In this document: one piece after another, positions 35,456 to 48,860 of the stretch | Numbering within the stretch: position 1 is the first letter of the stretch | Layout: every line of letters starts with the position of its first letter | Origin: Chiloscyllium plagiosum | Taxonomy: Eukaryota | Assembly: GCF_004010195.1 (NCBI RefSeq) | Contig: NC_057752.1 | Location: 4,541,738 to 4,605,737 of the forward strand | Length of the DNA stretch: 64,000 bases | Reading direction: 5' to 3' | The notes under the pieces: model-generated | Database searches by the model: none | The model's input: only the letters and a program-made list of their open reading frames with translations | What the model was told of the DNA's origin: nothing | Position numbers and translations under genes: made by a program

Positions 35456-38218
35456 TTGGTGAGTATCTGGTAAGTAATTAAGATTTATAAGTACAGAAAG
35501 CTGGAAAATTTTCCTAAATTCTTTGTTTAGAGTGCTGTCTGAACTCTACACTCAGTTCTATCTCTCTATATCACTGGCATTCCTTGGTTTCAGTATGTCA
35601 ACCTCATTTGCTCTATAAAGGCACCAGTTATACTAACTGGTGATCACAATGAAAGGTTTTATTGGATTATATTCCACCCATTTCTACTTCAAAAAAAAAG
35701 AATGTTTGAAGTTTTATCTGGTCATTATAATCTGCCTTTTGATTTTGTTTGAAGTTCCATGGAGCTAAAAAGGAATGTCAAAGGTATTGCAGATGTGTTT
35801 CTCCTTCTTTTATTCCATTCAGTCAGTTGCTCTCTGCTTACCTGTACTCTTGATCTTTCTTGAGTTAATCAGCCTCATCTTAGAATGCTGCTCATATTGA
35901 GCACAAAACTTAGGCTGACACTAAACTCTCACTGCTTACAGCAAGTGCATTTGTGTGAATCTGACTGACGGTATAACACATTCACAATCTGTGTTCCAAA
36001 CTGAGTTCCAACAATCTCAGGGCATACTCCTGATACGCATGCAGCAACAATAGAAAAACAGGAGACACTGGGCACTGGGAGGAGCAGCATAGAAACACTA
36101 AACATTGGGCACTGAGAGTAGCTATAAAAATGCTAGACTCCAGTCACTGGCAATTGACTATAAAAATACTAAAACTCTGGGCATTGATGGGAAACCATAA
36201 GAGTACTGAAACTAATGCTGGCATCATCTAAAACCAGATTATCTGGTCATTGCTATTTATGGGATCTTGGCTGTCAGGTTCCTGGAACTATAATAATGGC
36301 AGCTTTTCAAATGCACTTTGTTTGCTATAGAGAGCTTTGGGATGTCCTTATGTCATCAAAAACACTATATAAATTCATTTATTATTAATTCTGAAGGGTC
36401 ACTGGACCTGAAATGTTAACTTAGCTTTCTCTCCACAGATGCAAACAAACATTCTGAGTTTTTCCAGAAATTTCTGTTTTGTTTCTTTATTATTAGTGCC
36501 TTTACTGTGCTTTAATGGGGAAGCATAACATAACTTTAGCCCAGGGATGCTTGAGAGGCTAGAATGCTGTCAGTGTGGATCTCTTCAATATGTGCCTTTT
36601 CATATCACCTTGTGATATCTGACACAGAAATGGGCTTCAATTGCAGTTAATCGGGTTGTTGACATTTACAGTGAGAAAACCTGATGTTAAATCCTCAAGC
36701 ATTTGCCTCTAAATTAGGACAATCACAGGCTTACTCAATAAGCACTTGCATATCTGAAAGGGAATTTTCTATTCCACTATTTTTAAGCAACTTTCGGGAG
36801 AGAAATTTAATGATATAACAAATCATCTGATAGCCTCCATTTTGAAAATTACAAAATGGCTGTCGGGTTAAACCTCTTGCAGGAACCTTTGATGCTGGAA
36901 TTTATTGAACTGGCCAGGTCTGTGATGGATTAAACATTCAGATTACTTAATGAAACTGAGAAGGCAGCAAAAGAATGAGCTGGCGTAAGCCAACTTAATT
37001 GGATCCTTCCCATCCAAATAGAGGGAGTTCATATAGTCTTCTCAGATTCCGGACCAAGCTTAAGGCTGCACAGCCCTGTTTGTTAAGTGCCTGATGTGTA
37101 CAGATCTGGATCAAATCTGTTGGGATTAGTAACAGGTGCTATTGCTGCCAGTTAATACGAATGCAATTGAGAAAAGAAAAAGAATGCGGAACCTAAACGT
37201 GGATAATTTTCAACCACTTCAACATACACAGCTGCAGAGCAATCTGATGTGCCAGCATTATCGACAAACAAAAATGTTGGACCCATTTTCCTTTTGCCAT
37301 TTTGGAGGAAAAGCTGCGAGCTTCATTCTGCTCTTGGCTCTTTACACGACTTCTGCGTGTGTCTCTGAGTTGTTTACTGTATATTCCAGGCTGCCTGTCA
37401 GTGATTATTATAGATGTGCCAGTGATTCATTACACAAGCTAGTGTAGTGACTGGAGAATTTTATGACATGCAGTCAATGTGAGACACTGTCAGATTTTAA
37501 CTGAGGAAACTAGGTGAAAGGTTGCAGCTTACTTTGTGATATCACCATGGTTGAACAATGCAGATGTGAAGCTGGAGTAAATTAAGTCAGAGTTTGAAGC
37601 CAAATGTGGCTTAAGGCTGCTGCCCAAGTTAAAAAAAAAACATTCTGGTGATGCAGTCAACAAACACACCATGGCTCTCGACCCTTTACCACGACCCTGC
37701 TTTAAATATTCTGCCATATGACCAATTAATATGGAAATGAGGGACCATTTTAAAGAAAAGGTAAAATGATTTCCACGTTACTGGATTATGGGTTTTGTTT
37801 GTCCGGTGTGATTCCTCTATTGCCTCTGTGCTGCTGTCTTGTGGTTCACCTGCTCAGTTACCTACAAATGCACAGTGGTACCCCCTGCCAATAGGCTTCG
37901 TTACTAAAGTCAATTTGCAGCAAAGTCTTTGTAACAGTGCGTCTTATTCTTAAAGGAGAATGCTGTGATTGTGAAGTTAGAGATTACTTTGGAAATATGT
38001 GGTCAATAAAATATCTGTTCTCTTAAAGCACTATCCCAGTCGGTTAGACAGCAGGTCCAATGGAGTGTTGAAAGAGGCATCTGTTTCTGTCTTTGAAAGT
38101 GTTGCTGTGTCCAAAATCTGTTCCCATCATTTATTCCAGAACTCGATGTTTGAACCCATCCAACCAGACCTCTGCCCCTGTGACAGTACTGAAACAGTTA
38201 TTATCACAGTCCCCAGTG

Positions 38219-38930
38219 ACATAGGAACAGGAGTAGGCCATTCAGCCCCTTGAGTCTGTGCCATCGTTCACTGAGATCATGGCTGATCTGTGGCCTAACT
38301 CCATATACCTGCCTTTGGCCCATATCCCTTGATACCTTTGCTTAACAAATATTTATCTAACTCAGATTTAAAATTAACAAATGATCCAGGTTCACTGCCA
38401 TTTGTGGAAGAGCTTTCCAAATATCTACCACCATGTGTATAGAAGTACTTCTTAATATCTCTCCTGAACTGTCTGGCCCTAATTCTCAGACTATACCCCA
38501 TGGTTCTAGAAACCCAACCAGTGGAAATAGTTTATCTTAATTTACCCTGTCAATATCTTAAAGACTTCGATCAGATCACCCCTTAACCTTCTAAACTCGA
38601 GAGAAAACAGCCCTAATTTGTATTATCTGTCCTCATTACATAACCTTTGAAATCCAGGTATCATTCTTGTAAACCTATGTTGTACTCCCTCCGAGGCCAA
38701 TAAAGCCTTCCTAAGGTGTGGTGCCTGGATCTGCTCTCAGTAGTCTAAGTGGGCTCTAACCAGGGTTTTGTATATCTGCTGCATAATGTACTCCAGACCT
38801 CTTGATATAAAGGCCAGCATTCCATTAGCTTTCTGGATTATTTTCTGTACTTGTTTGTGGCATTTCAAAGAGTTACGCATCTGACCCCCAAGACTCTTTG
38901 GACAGCCACTGTATTTAACTTCATACCATC
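38219..38930 (-). mobile_element. Older CR1 3' fragment
   Basis: Minus strand FKSELDKYLLSKGIKGYG and a cataggaacaggagtaggccattcagccc tail. Confidence 0.8.
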
Positions 38931-39854
38931 AAGAATGTGTCCTGATCTCTCCTTTGTTGGTCCACATTGTGTGTGCTTGGGACAAAGGTAAACTTTCCCT
39001 CCTTGATCTATCTGCAACTGTTGTCATGGTGACTATACCATCCTCCTCCAACAACTCTCCATTGTTGTCCAGCTGTTGGTGGGATCTGCTCTCTCCTGGT
39101 TCCATTCTTATCTCTCCCATCTTAGCCAAAGACTCCTTACCTCTGTCATCTCCTACAAACCTTTGAGATATCTATGGTCACTTAATTCTGGCCTCTTGAG
39201 CATTCCCCCATCATATTAGGGGACTCGACAGGGGAGATGTGGAGAGGTTGTTTCCCCATGTGTGGGAGTGCCTCTGACCAAAGGGCATCACCTCAGAATA
39301 AGGGGTCACCCATTTAAGACAGAGGTGAGAAAGGATGTTTTCTGAGGGGAGTGAATCTGTGGAATGCTTTCCCACAGAGGGCTGTCGAAGCTGGCTCATT
39401 CAGTATATTCAAGGCTGAGACAGACAGATTTTTAATCAGGAAAGAAATCAAGGATTATGGGGGAAAGGCAAGAAATTCTTATCACTCTGACAAGTTTCTG
39501 ATCGTCTCTCCCAATTTTCCTTTCCTATCTGATTTCTGTACACTTAACTGTAAAGTGCATCCAGTTAGTCTGTGTGTTCGAGGTCTTATGTAAGTGCAAG
39601 TTGTTACAGATCAATTTGTCTTAAATCTCGAAAGATTCCAAACTATCAAAGAAACCTTGCAGGCCAGCGATGAGTTGTTGCCCCAAACTGAACCACAGTT
39701 GGTCAATCTGAAAGAAAACAAAAAAACCATTGGAACACTTCAGCAGGTCAGTCATCGTCTGTGGGGAAAGAAATAGAATAATGGTTCAGTTCGGTGACTA
39801 TCCTCAGAGCTTCTGTTGGGCAAAGTGACATCTTTAAAAGACCTGTTTATCAAC

Positions 39855-40937
39855 GTTTGTTTGTCACTTATATAAATGATTTGGATGAGAATTTAGGAGG
39901 CATGGTAAGTAATTTTGTGGATGACACCAAGATTGGCGGTATGGTGGACAGTGAAGGTTATTTAAGGTTACAAAGAGATCTTGATCAATTGGATCACTGG
40001 GCTGAGAAGTGGCAGGTGGAGTTTAATTTGGATAAATGCGAGGTATTGCATTATGGTAAAACAAAAAAAGGGCAGGACTTATATCATTAAAGTTAGGCCC
40101 CTGGGTAGTGTTGCAGAACAAAGAGACCTAGGGATTCAGGTATATAATTCTTTGAAGCTTGAGTCACAGGTAGACGGCGTGGTCAAGAAGGTGTTTAGCA
40201 CGGACGCCTTCATTGCTCATTTTGAGTGAAGGAGTTGGGACGTGTTGTTGAGGTTGTACAGGACATTGGTGAGGCTTCTTCTGGAATACTGTGTCCAGTT
40301 CTGGTCGCCCTGTTATAGGAAGGATATTATTAACCTGGAGAGGGTTCAGAAAAGATTTACCAGGATGTTGCCTCGAACGGAGGTTTTGAGTTATTAAAAT
40401 AGGCTGGATCGGCTGAGGCGTTTCTCGTGGAACATAGGAGGTTGAGGGTGACCTTATAAGGGTTTATAAAATCATGAGAGGTATAGATAAGATGAATAGC
40501 TAGGGTCTTTACTCGAGGGTGGGGGATTTCAAAAGTAGAGGGCATATTTTTAAGGTGTGAGGAGAAAGATTTAAAAAGGACACGAGGGGCAACCTTTTTT
40601 TTTTACGCCGTATGGTTCGTGTGTGGAATGCACTTCCAGAGGAAGTGGGGGATTTCAAAAGTAGGGGGCATATTTTTAAGGTGTGAGGAGAAAGATTTAA
40701 AAAGGACACGAGGGGCAACCTTTTTTTTTACGCCGTATGGTTCGTGTGTGGAATGCACTTCCAGAGGAAGTGGTGGATGTGAGTACAGTTACATCATTTA
40801 AAAGACATTTGGATAAGGACATGAATTGGAAAGGTATGGGTCAAATGCAGGCAAGTGTGACCAGTTTGGTTTGGGAACATGGTCGACATGGACTAGTTGG
40901 ACCATAGGATCTGTTTCCATGCTGTATGACTCCATGA
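39855..40937 (+). mobile_element. CR1 3' fragment with an internal 126-bp tandem duplication
   Basis: FVDDTKIGG and LQRDLDQL; 40519-40644 is repeated at 40645-40770. Confidence 0.9.
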
Positions 40938-41176
40938 TTTAACGTGCCTCAGGGTAGTGATTAAATAATTAACAAAATCTCCATCATTGTGTGGAGCTCA
41001 GAATTGGTTTTAGCAGCAATTTCTCTGCTTCATAATGTTGTTTAGGGATAGGGATTCCTGTTGTCTGTTCATTACTAAGAGTGGCATGAACCTGTAATTT
41101 AACATCAGGTTGCCTGACTGTCATTGCTTTAGTGTGGTAAAAGTGATTAATGTTACCTTTTCAAACTTTGTTGCAG

Positions 41177-41752
41177 GTTATCGCTGTTTCAAGGCTGTCA
41201 TGTTCCTCTGTGGGCTGATGTTTGGCTCCATCATCATTTTCCTACTGTGTTACAAGGAGCGGGTTCTGGACATTCAGCTGAGTGTGGAGGCCAGTGCTGG
41301 TATTGGTCTTGGCATCGGAATCCTGTGCGGACTGGTCACCATGCTTGTCCGTAGTGTTGGGCTCTTCATGATTGGCCTCGTCCTTGGCCTGCTAGTAGCA
41401 ACTGTCACCCTCATTGTGATGGAGCAGTTCTACCACCCGCATACCATCTGGGTGCCAGTGGGCCTTCTCATTGGTGTCGGCATGCTGTTTGCTGTCTTAA
41501 CTTTACAGTGGCAAAAGCTCTTCACCATTATCTCCACTGCAGTTTTTGGTGGCGCCATCATTACACTGACTGTGGACTACTTCATCGAGCTGTTTTCGTT
41601 GGCAATATATGTCTATGAGAGGCTCAAGATTGCTCCTTCATTGCCCATTTGTTGGTACAGTTGGGTGATCCTTGCCATCTGGCCAGTGCTGAGTATACTG
41701 GGCATTCTGGTCCAATGGAAGCTGACAGCTGAAGGCTATTCACACACTGAAG
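41177..41752 (+). CDS. TMEM198B: TMEM198-family protein, coding exon 2 (multi-pass transmembrane core)
   Basis: ttgcag|[47 protein letters not shown]...[14 protein letters not shown]; donor G|gtaagg; 576 nt, phase 1 to phase 1. Confidence 0.97.
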
Positions 41753-42570
41753 GTAAGGCCAGCTCAAAACTGGTAGGAAAGGATTTTCTACTTCTCTACC
41801 CTCTAACCAAATAGACTGCCATGAGGATACTGTTGGAGTGATGTGACAGTGAGTGTCGATGGATAATTATTGTCTAACACAGCCTGAGCTTGCTGTCATT
41901 TAGTGCATGCACGCATACACTTTATGGCAAAGGTCACTGGGCAGTGATTGGGTTAGAAACCTTAATGATTATCCCACTCACCCCTCCCCACCACCACATG
42001 TCCCTTCCTGTGATCAGGGTAGGGTGGTCTGAGACCAATTCTATTGTTCCCAGCGCTCCTCTACTTAATTCAAGCCAGACCTGGGATCAAGCATGGTACG
42101 TTGCTAGTTTGTGTGATATGGAACACACTGGATGATGATTTTAGCAACTGATTCTCACAATCAGTGCTTCAGCGTAGATATATTATGGGATTCAAAGGAC
42201 TCATTAAATTGTCCTCTCCAGTTCATGTTACATTGATGCTGATCATGAGTATTTTGACTGGGAAAACCTTTTGGGACCAGGTAGAGAGAGCTGACTGGTG
42301 TTGCTCTGGGTTCAATTGTTCTACTCGTTGTTTGATGACCAGGTTCTTGCCAAAGCACATTGTTGGGTCCAATCTTCTTCTGGCCATGCTGATTTACTGT
42401 TGACTCCACTGAGAAAAGCAAATGAGAATGACAGAAGTATGACTTGGCTCAATTGTCCTATTCTTGAGTAAAGATGGAGCCATCTTGTAGAGGGTAGGTC
42501 AAGACAAGGAGAGGGAATTAGAGCTATTAAAATAAATTCTATTGCCACTAATGCTTTCTTCTTCCTGTAG

Positions 42571-42719
42571 TCATTATCAGTAAACGACAAAAACGAGTGC
42601 AGTTGATGAGAATACGACAGCAAGAAGCAAAGAAACGACAAAGGGCGTCTCAGGCGGAGGGCACATATCGCAGGAAGCCATACCCAGTCAAACGGTACAC
42701 CGGAGACATCCTTTCACCG
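42571..42719 (+). CDS. TMEM198B: TMEM198-family protein, coding exon 3
   Basis: cttcctgtag|TC ATT ATC; (V)IISKRQKRVQLMRIRQQE...YRRKPYPVKRYTGDILSP matches the TMEM198 cytoplasmic tail; donor CCG|gtaaag, phase 0. Confidence 0.96.
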
Positions 42720-43659
42720 GTAAAGTATTCAAAGTCAAACTCTTGTCCTTGGGATATTAGAATGATAAGGGAGAACAGAAAACCTCTGATCTTAGCTTAA
42801 CAGGGAGCAGAAGAATAAAAATGCTATGTTGTTATGTAGAATTACACAGGATACATGGCTCCTAAACAGGCCATTCGGCCCAAAAGATCAATTTATGGTC
42901 CACATGACCTTCTTCTCACCCTTCCTCATTGAACCCATCAGCATAACCCTTTTCCCTCATGGCCTTATCTTCCATTCAAAGGTATCTATGTGATTTACCT
43001 CAACTTCTCCATCCAAATAAATCAAACCAATTTGAACACAGGAATTGAGTCACATTCCATTCCAGTCCATGCATGCTCTGCCTGAAGCTTTCCTGGGCTC
43101 ATGACCTACTGATGCTTCATCCTAAGTTGATTTCTTGGCAGTATGTGTCAGTGTTGGTTTGCCATTGCCTTCCATTCTCAGGGGCAGGCCTAAATCTACC
43201 TTGGCTAGAACAGGAATCGATCCCATGCTGTTTGCATTATTCCAAACCATACACTCTCTATTTAGCCAACTTTGCTACGAACCCCTTTTTTAAAGTCAGA
43301 TAGTGAATCCAAAAATATCCCCAGTGCTATGATTAAAGGTAGATGTTGGTGTGTTCACGTGAGCGAATTATGGAAAAGGAATCTGACAGTGCGATGCAAT
43401 ATAGGACCAGGACATCCACTCCACATCCAGCTAGTGTTGTTCCTCTCCCTGACAGTGGTGAATCCTTGCAAGGTGTGATTCCATGAACGTCAACTATCCA
43501 TGTGCCGTCCTTCAGGTGTGAGCCAAGGCAGTGAGGCTGGGATTTTCTGCTTGGCATAATCTCAGTGAAGTGCCAGTGGAATAAGAGTTCTACCATTCTG
43601 TTCCCAACTGATGTTCTATTGGTATTCCTACTTAATTGTGCAGCCTGCTTGGAGGAGCA

Positions 43660-44420
43660 GGAACATTACTTAACTGGAGGAAGACTGCAGGATACTATGG
43701 AGTGGAGGAAGTTGGGAGTTCTCAACCATGAATCACTAAAAGCTGGTATCCGAGTTCAGTGGGTAATAGGGAAGGTAAATAGAATGTTGACCTTTATTTC
43801 AAAGGGAATGTAGTAAAAAAACAGGGAGGTTTTGCTAAAACTATACAAGACACCAATCAGATCACAGCTGAAATACTGTGAACAGGTTTGTGTCCCTTAT
43901 CTAAGGAAAGATAGACTGACATGGGAGGCAATCCAGAGAAGGTTCATTCGGCTGATCCCAGGTATGGAGGGACTGTCTAATGAGGAGAGGGTGAGTAGAT
44001 TGGGCCTGTCCTCATTGGAGTTTAGAAGAATGAGAGGTGACCTTAATGAAACATACAAGATTCTTAGCAGACTAAGGCTAGATGCGGAAAGCTTGTTTCC
44101 CGTTGGGGGAGAATCTGAGACCAGAGGGCATCATCTCAGAATAAGGGCTCCCACATTTAAGAGAGAGATGAGGAGGCATTCCTTCTCTCAGACAGTAGTG
44201 AATCTGTGGCATTCTTTATTGCAGAGAGCTGTCAAGGCTGGGTCATTGAGTGTATTCAAGGCTGAGACAGACAGATTTTTAATCAGGAAGGGAATCGAGG
44301 GTGTATGGGGAAAAGGCAGGAAAGTGGAGTTGAGGATGATCAAATCAGCTGTGATCACATTGAATGGCAGAGCTGACTCGATGGGCTGAATGGCCTACTT
44401 CTGTTCCGATGGTTGTATGG
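43660..44420 (+). mobile_element. CR1 3' fragment in the last TMEM198 intron
   Basis: LKLYKTPIRSQLKYC..RRMRGDLNETYK..FSQTVVNLWHSL. Confidence 0.88.
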
Positions 44421-44845
44421 TATTTTCAGGAATGTGTAGGGGCTTGGGCATGGGACAGTGTGGTTCAGGATGTTGGCTCCAGGTTTCGCTTTCTGATGGA
44501 AGTGGGTGTCAGACATGAAAACCTCAGAAACACTGGTGGAAATTCTTCAGATTCCTTCAGTAACATGGTGACTGCTGCAATTTCCACTGAAGGAAGAACA
44601 TATGAGGGAAAAACAAATATCAGACAGTGAGTTGCTGGGATCTGGAATGCATTGTATGATGCAATCATTGTCTTAAATACAGAATTTGATAAATACCTAA
44701 CGGGGAAAAATTGGAAATAAAGACAAAGGGAATGGGATGAATTGGCTAGCTTCTTCAAAGAACCAGCAGGGACATGATGCGTGGAACAGCCTTTTGCTGC
44801 CCTATACTTTTTTAGAGTAATTAATTTTTCTCCATGTTTCTTTAG

Positions 44846-44989
44846 AGCTACATTCAGAGTATCCGAGATCGGCAGACAGCGACATCCATGAGCAGTCTGA
44901 ACACAAACATTCACACCGTTGTGGATCTGGATTACGACTGTGGTTCTACTGTCCCACTCACAGCCACAACCCCTGTAGTCACAGCATGA
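44846..44989 (+). CDS. TMEM198B: TMEM198-family protein, terminal coding exon
   Basis: tttctttag|AGC TAC ATT CAG; SYIQSIRDRQTATSMSSLNTNIHTVVDLDYDCGSTVPLTATTPVVTA* (compare TMEM198 SYIQSFRDRQT); TGA at 44987-44989; total CDS 1026 nt. Not present in the supplied ORF track. Confidence 0.95.
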   Translation, partial: SYIQSIRDRQTATSMSSLNTNIHTVVDLDYDCGSTVPLTATTPVVTA

Positions 44990-47900
44990 GCTAGTCACCA
45001 TCGCACAGCAAGTACTGGTCAAGGTTATTAGTGAACAACCAGTTTATTTAGCTCCCAGCTGGTGACAAGTAGATCACATGTTGACACTCTAGCCATAAGT
45101 CTCCACACACCATGGTCTGTGGGTGTGTCTCTCTCTCTCTCTCTAGGAATCACAGTTCCTGCAAGTATGAAGAAATCTTTGAGTCTGTTCATTTGTTACC
45201 TGCCTGAGTATGTTTTCAGCAATCTGACTGAAAGGAGTTGAACAGGCACCTCACACTCTGCTAATGAAAGGGTGCTTGGCATGGGAGTGGCACATCACCA
45301 GTTAAGGAAGTGTGTATCTTTGTGACCCAGCAGAGAAAGTTACGTGCCCCGTGTCCAAAAGAATAATCAGGACAAGTATGCAGCTCACTTGTGACCTTGG
45401 ATTCTGCCTGTTGCAGACGACATATTTTCCAATGTGCTTATCATCCACTCTCAACAGGTTGTCATCTTTGGGCCACCAGTCTGGCATTTTATGCAGCCAC
45501 AATTCACATTGAATTTCTTTCTAAGCAGCCATTTAACATGTAACCTATTCAACCACTTGTTTCTCAAGCCCAAATTATTTCATGCCCTTGTCTAGTAGTT
45601 TAAAACATGTCATTGTTCAGTGGCAAGCACAATTGACCTTTAAGCAGTGAACTATCTCCCTTTAATACTGTTCCTCTAAACCTGCCTCTAACAAGTATAA
45701 TCCAGCAGAGTAAATGGCCAAATGTTAAATATAAAACACAACCACTTCCTTGATTTTGTCCTCTGGTTTTCTCTGCCTGTGTTCCTCCTAATACTGATCA
45801 GAGATTTAAAATCATTGTTTGCGATGAGTACCTGTTATTTCCTGCTTTCCCACCTTTTCAAATTCCAGATCTGCATGAATCAATTCAAGATTCAAATACC
45901 ACTGGAAGGGCCAGGTCTTTCCCTTCATTCTTAGATGAATGTAAATATCTCCAGTACCTCTATCTATTCAAATGGTCTTCGCACCCGGGACAACAGCTCT
46001 CAGTTGATGAAGGACAGTCACATTGTTCTGTAATGAAATGAACTCTGGATGGGAATCTGTTGGAGATAGACTGATGGCATTGTTTATCTGTATACAATTC
46101 AAAACAGAAATGTACGAGGTCGAAGGTGGATAAAGGCAGAAGGTGCACATCTCTATGGTGAAAAGACAAAACGTATTTGCATGATGAGTAATAAACTCTC
46201 GATTCTAATTGACAGTATTACAGCCTGACCTATACCCTGTCGATGTTCTATACACTCCTGCGTGACTCCATCCACATAGACTGCATGTACCTCTTAGGTC
46301 ATTTTTTTAAAAATGCAGCTCTTATTTGCAATGAAGGTAAGTGAAATGAAAAGACAGAAAAACATCTTTACGCAGTTCAGCTTGAAGGACATATGTGAAT
46401 GGGCATAAAGAATGAGCAGGAGAGTGCATTCAACTTAGAAGACTGATGTGGGGAGAAACAGACTACACAATGCTTCAGTGTTGGAATATTCAATAATTCC
46501 TTAGGTTAATCTTGATAGTTATTGAAAGAGAAGCGTAAAATGCAAGGACTTTCTGTGCTGGTGAAAAGTACTGTATCATGTAGTATTTGCTTTGGGGAAG
46601 CATTTCAGCATTACCAGAAGTTTGCCAGTGACAGTTAAGTGTCAGTGCTTAGCACAGAGCAGTCTGCAGTTCCCCTGTGGACTTCAGTGTCTTGTGACAG
46701 TTGGGTTCCATTGTCAGTCCTGACCAGTTGCCATTGCAGCTCTTGAAGGTCTTGGGTTTTCAGTTTAACCAGCCAGATCAGAGAGGGTCAAACATTTTTT
46801 AGGCTTTGAATCTGCCAACTTTCAGCAGGAAGAAGGGAGAGAATTTTAAAGTATTTGAATCTGTTTCTTGAAATGTCTCCTTTCAAATTGCATTTTAACA
46901 GCCTGAAACATCTGGGGGAAGCTTCTTTAGGTGAATGTGTTTGCAGTGCAGGCACTTGGCACTTGACTGAGTTTTCACTCTCTTCAGGTTCCTTCAATTC
47001 TTTGGACTGCCAGTCTTGTTGGAGGACTGTTCTGTGGGTGCTAGATGTTCTCTGATGCCTGGCCCTAGAAGCCATCCTTTCTGACCGTACACAAGAACTG
47101 TAGGAACTTCCCATCTGAACCCAGTCCCATCATCACTTGAGCGACACACACTCACACCGAGAATACTGAGGACTGTGAGGAATGGGCATTCCTAGTTGTT
47201 TTTTTTTATCTTCCCCTGCCTGGTGCAGCGGCACTTAAGGTGATCAGTGTGCTCCTGTGTTGAAAGTGGAACTCACTCCCACAGGGAGTGGTTAAACGGA
47301 ATTGTATAAATGCATTTAAGTGGAACCTGGACAAGCATATGAGGAAGAAGGGGTAGAGAGTTTTATAATGATGGATTTAGATGGGATAAGTTGGGAATGG
47401 CTCGAGTGGAACATAAACACCAGTCTTATGTGATCCTATGACTGTCCCAGGTGAAATCAAGTTAAACTTGACACAGATTGGGGATTGAAACCATGGGTTC
47501 TCCTTCTCTACGTTAATCAGTATTGCACTATGCCATCAGGAAACGTACATGTTTGTGTTCATAACAGATGTTAAATATCATCAGTGACTTCTTGCAGTAT
47601 GTGGTTCCATTTTTATATTGCGTCAATATTGATGTTGATTATGAGCTAACATTACACACTATTTCCCTGAATTAATTCACTTATTTTGTTTGAATCCTTT
47701 TGATAAACAATTGTTCCATTTATTCAATGTGGAGATTCTTTTCTGTAATGTTTCTGTGTGAATTATAAAGATGATTTTTACATGAGGAAGTGCCTGCGAG
47801 TATTATTTTCATGTCTTGTCGGTGAACCTGAAATAGAATGAGGTTGGGTTTAAGGATTATCTGAGGCAAGATGTGTGTGTGTGTGTGTGTGTGTGGTGTG

Positions 47901-48309
47901 GGGGGGGAGAGAAGAATAGAATCAAGGCAGGTAGAGCTCAAACTCAAGGTCGTTGGGTTTGTGGCAAATGCAACAGTTCATTAACTACTTTCATAATTAA
48001 TACCTAGATGTCAGGAATGACAGAATTAAAAGGATAGGTTTATAACTCAGGTTGACTGTATTCCTGAAGTTTAAATCACATGAACTCCAAGCCCCGATAC
48101 TTCCTTATGGTGAATGAGCAGAAGATCCAAAGGAAACACAAGCAATGCAATTATTGCTAGGTACCTTTGATTTTACCTCCCACATTGTTCAAAGCAGTGA
48201 CCAGGGACTGAAAATTTATTCCTGGAGATTCTGGGAGAATGTTGGAGTAGTAACAACTCTGGGGGAAGTAATATTGATATTTGATATTAAAATTTGATTT
48301 TCATTGTTA

Positions 48310-48860
48310 CTCATTCATGACATGTTAGCATCACAAGTTGCCCCTTGAGGAGATGGTGTTGAGCTGCCTTCTTGAACCGCTGCAGTCCAGTGATGTAGAT
48401 GGACCCACAATGCCCTTAGGGTGAGAATTCCAGGATTTTGACCCAGCGACACTGAAGGAATGGCGATATATTTCCAAGTCAGGATGGTGAGGGGCTCGGA
48501 GGGAAACATGCAAGGGACGGTGTTCCCATGTATCTGCTGCCCTTGTCCTTCAAGATGGAAGTGATTGTGGGTTTGGAAGATGCTGTCTAATGTGCCTTGG
48601 TGAGTTATTGCAGTGCATCTTGTAGACAGTTTGCACTGCTGCCATTGTGCATCGGTGGTGAGGAGAGTCAATGTTGTCGGTCAAGCAAGGCTGCTTTGTC
48701 CTGAGTGGTGTCGAGCTTCTCGAGTGTTGTTGGAGCTGCTCCCATTCAGGCAAGTGGGGAGTATTCCATCACACTCCTGAGTTGTGCCTTGTAGATGTGG
48801 ACAGGCTTTGGTGAGTTATTCACTGCAGGATTCCCAACCTCTGACCCTGCTCTTGTAGCC
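48310..48860 (-). mobile_element. CR1/L2-group LINE 3' fragment of a second family; related pieces at 49690-49865 (+) and 58050-58380 (-)
   Basis: IxKAQVRSVMEYSPLAWM motif and a shared 3' UTR. Confidence 0.75.

Noticed and set aside
36045..36215. Diverged ~36-bp repeat
   Set aside because: Only 4-5 degenerate copies; ordinary decayed minisatellite.
41110..41176. N-terminal extension of the 234-aa ORF
   Set aside because: Intronic read-through; homology starts at the acceptor at 41177 and ends at the donor at 41752.
44465..45022. 185-aa minus-strand ORF
   Set aside because: Antisense shadow of the last TMEM198 exon and intronic repeat; no recognisable protein features.
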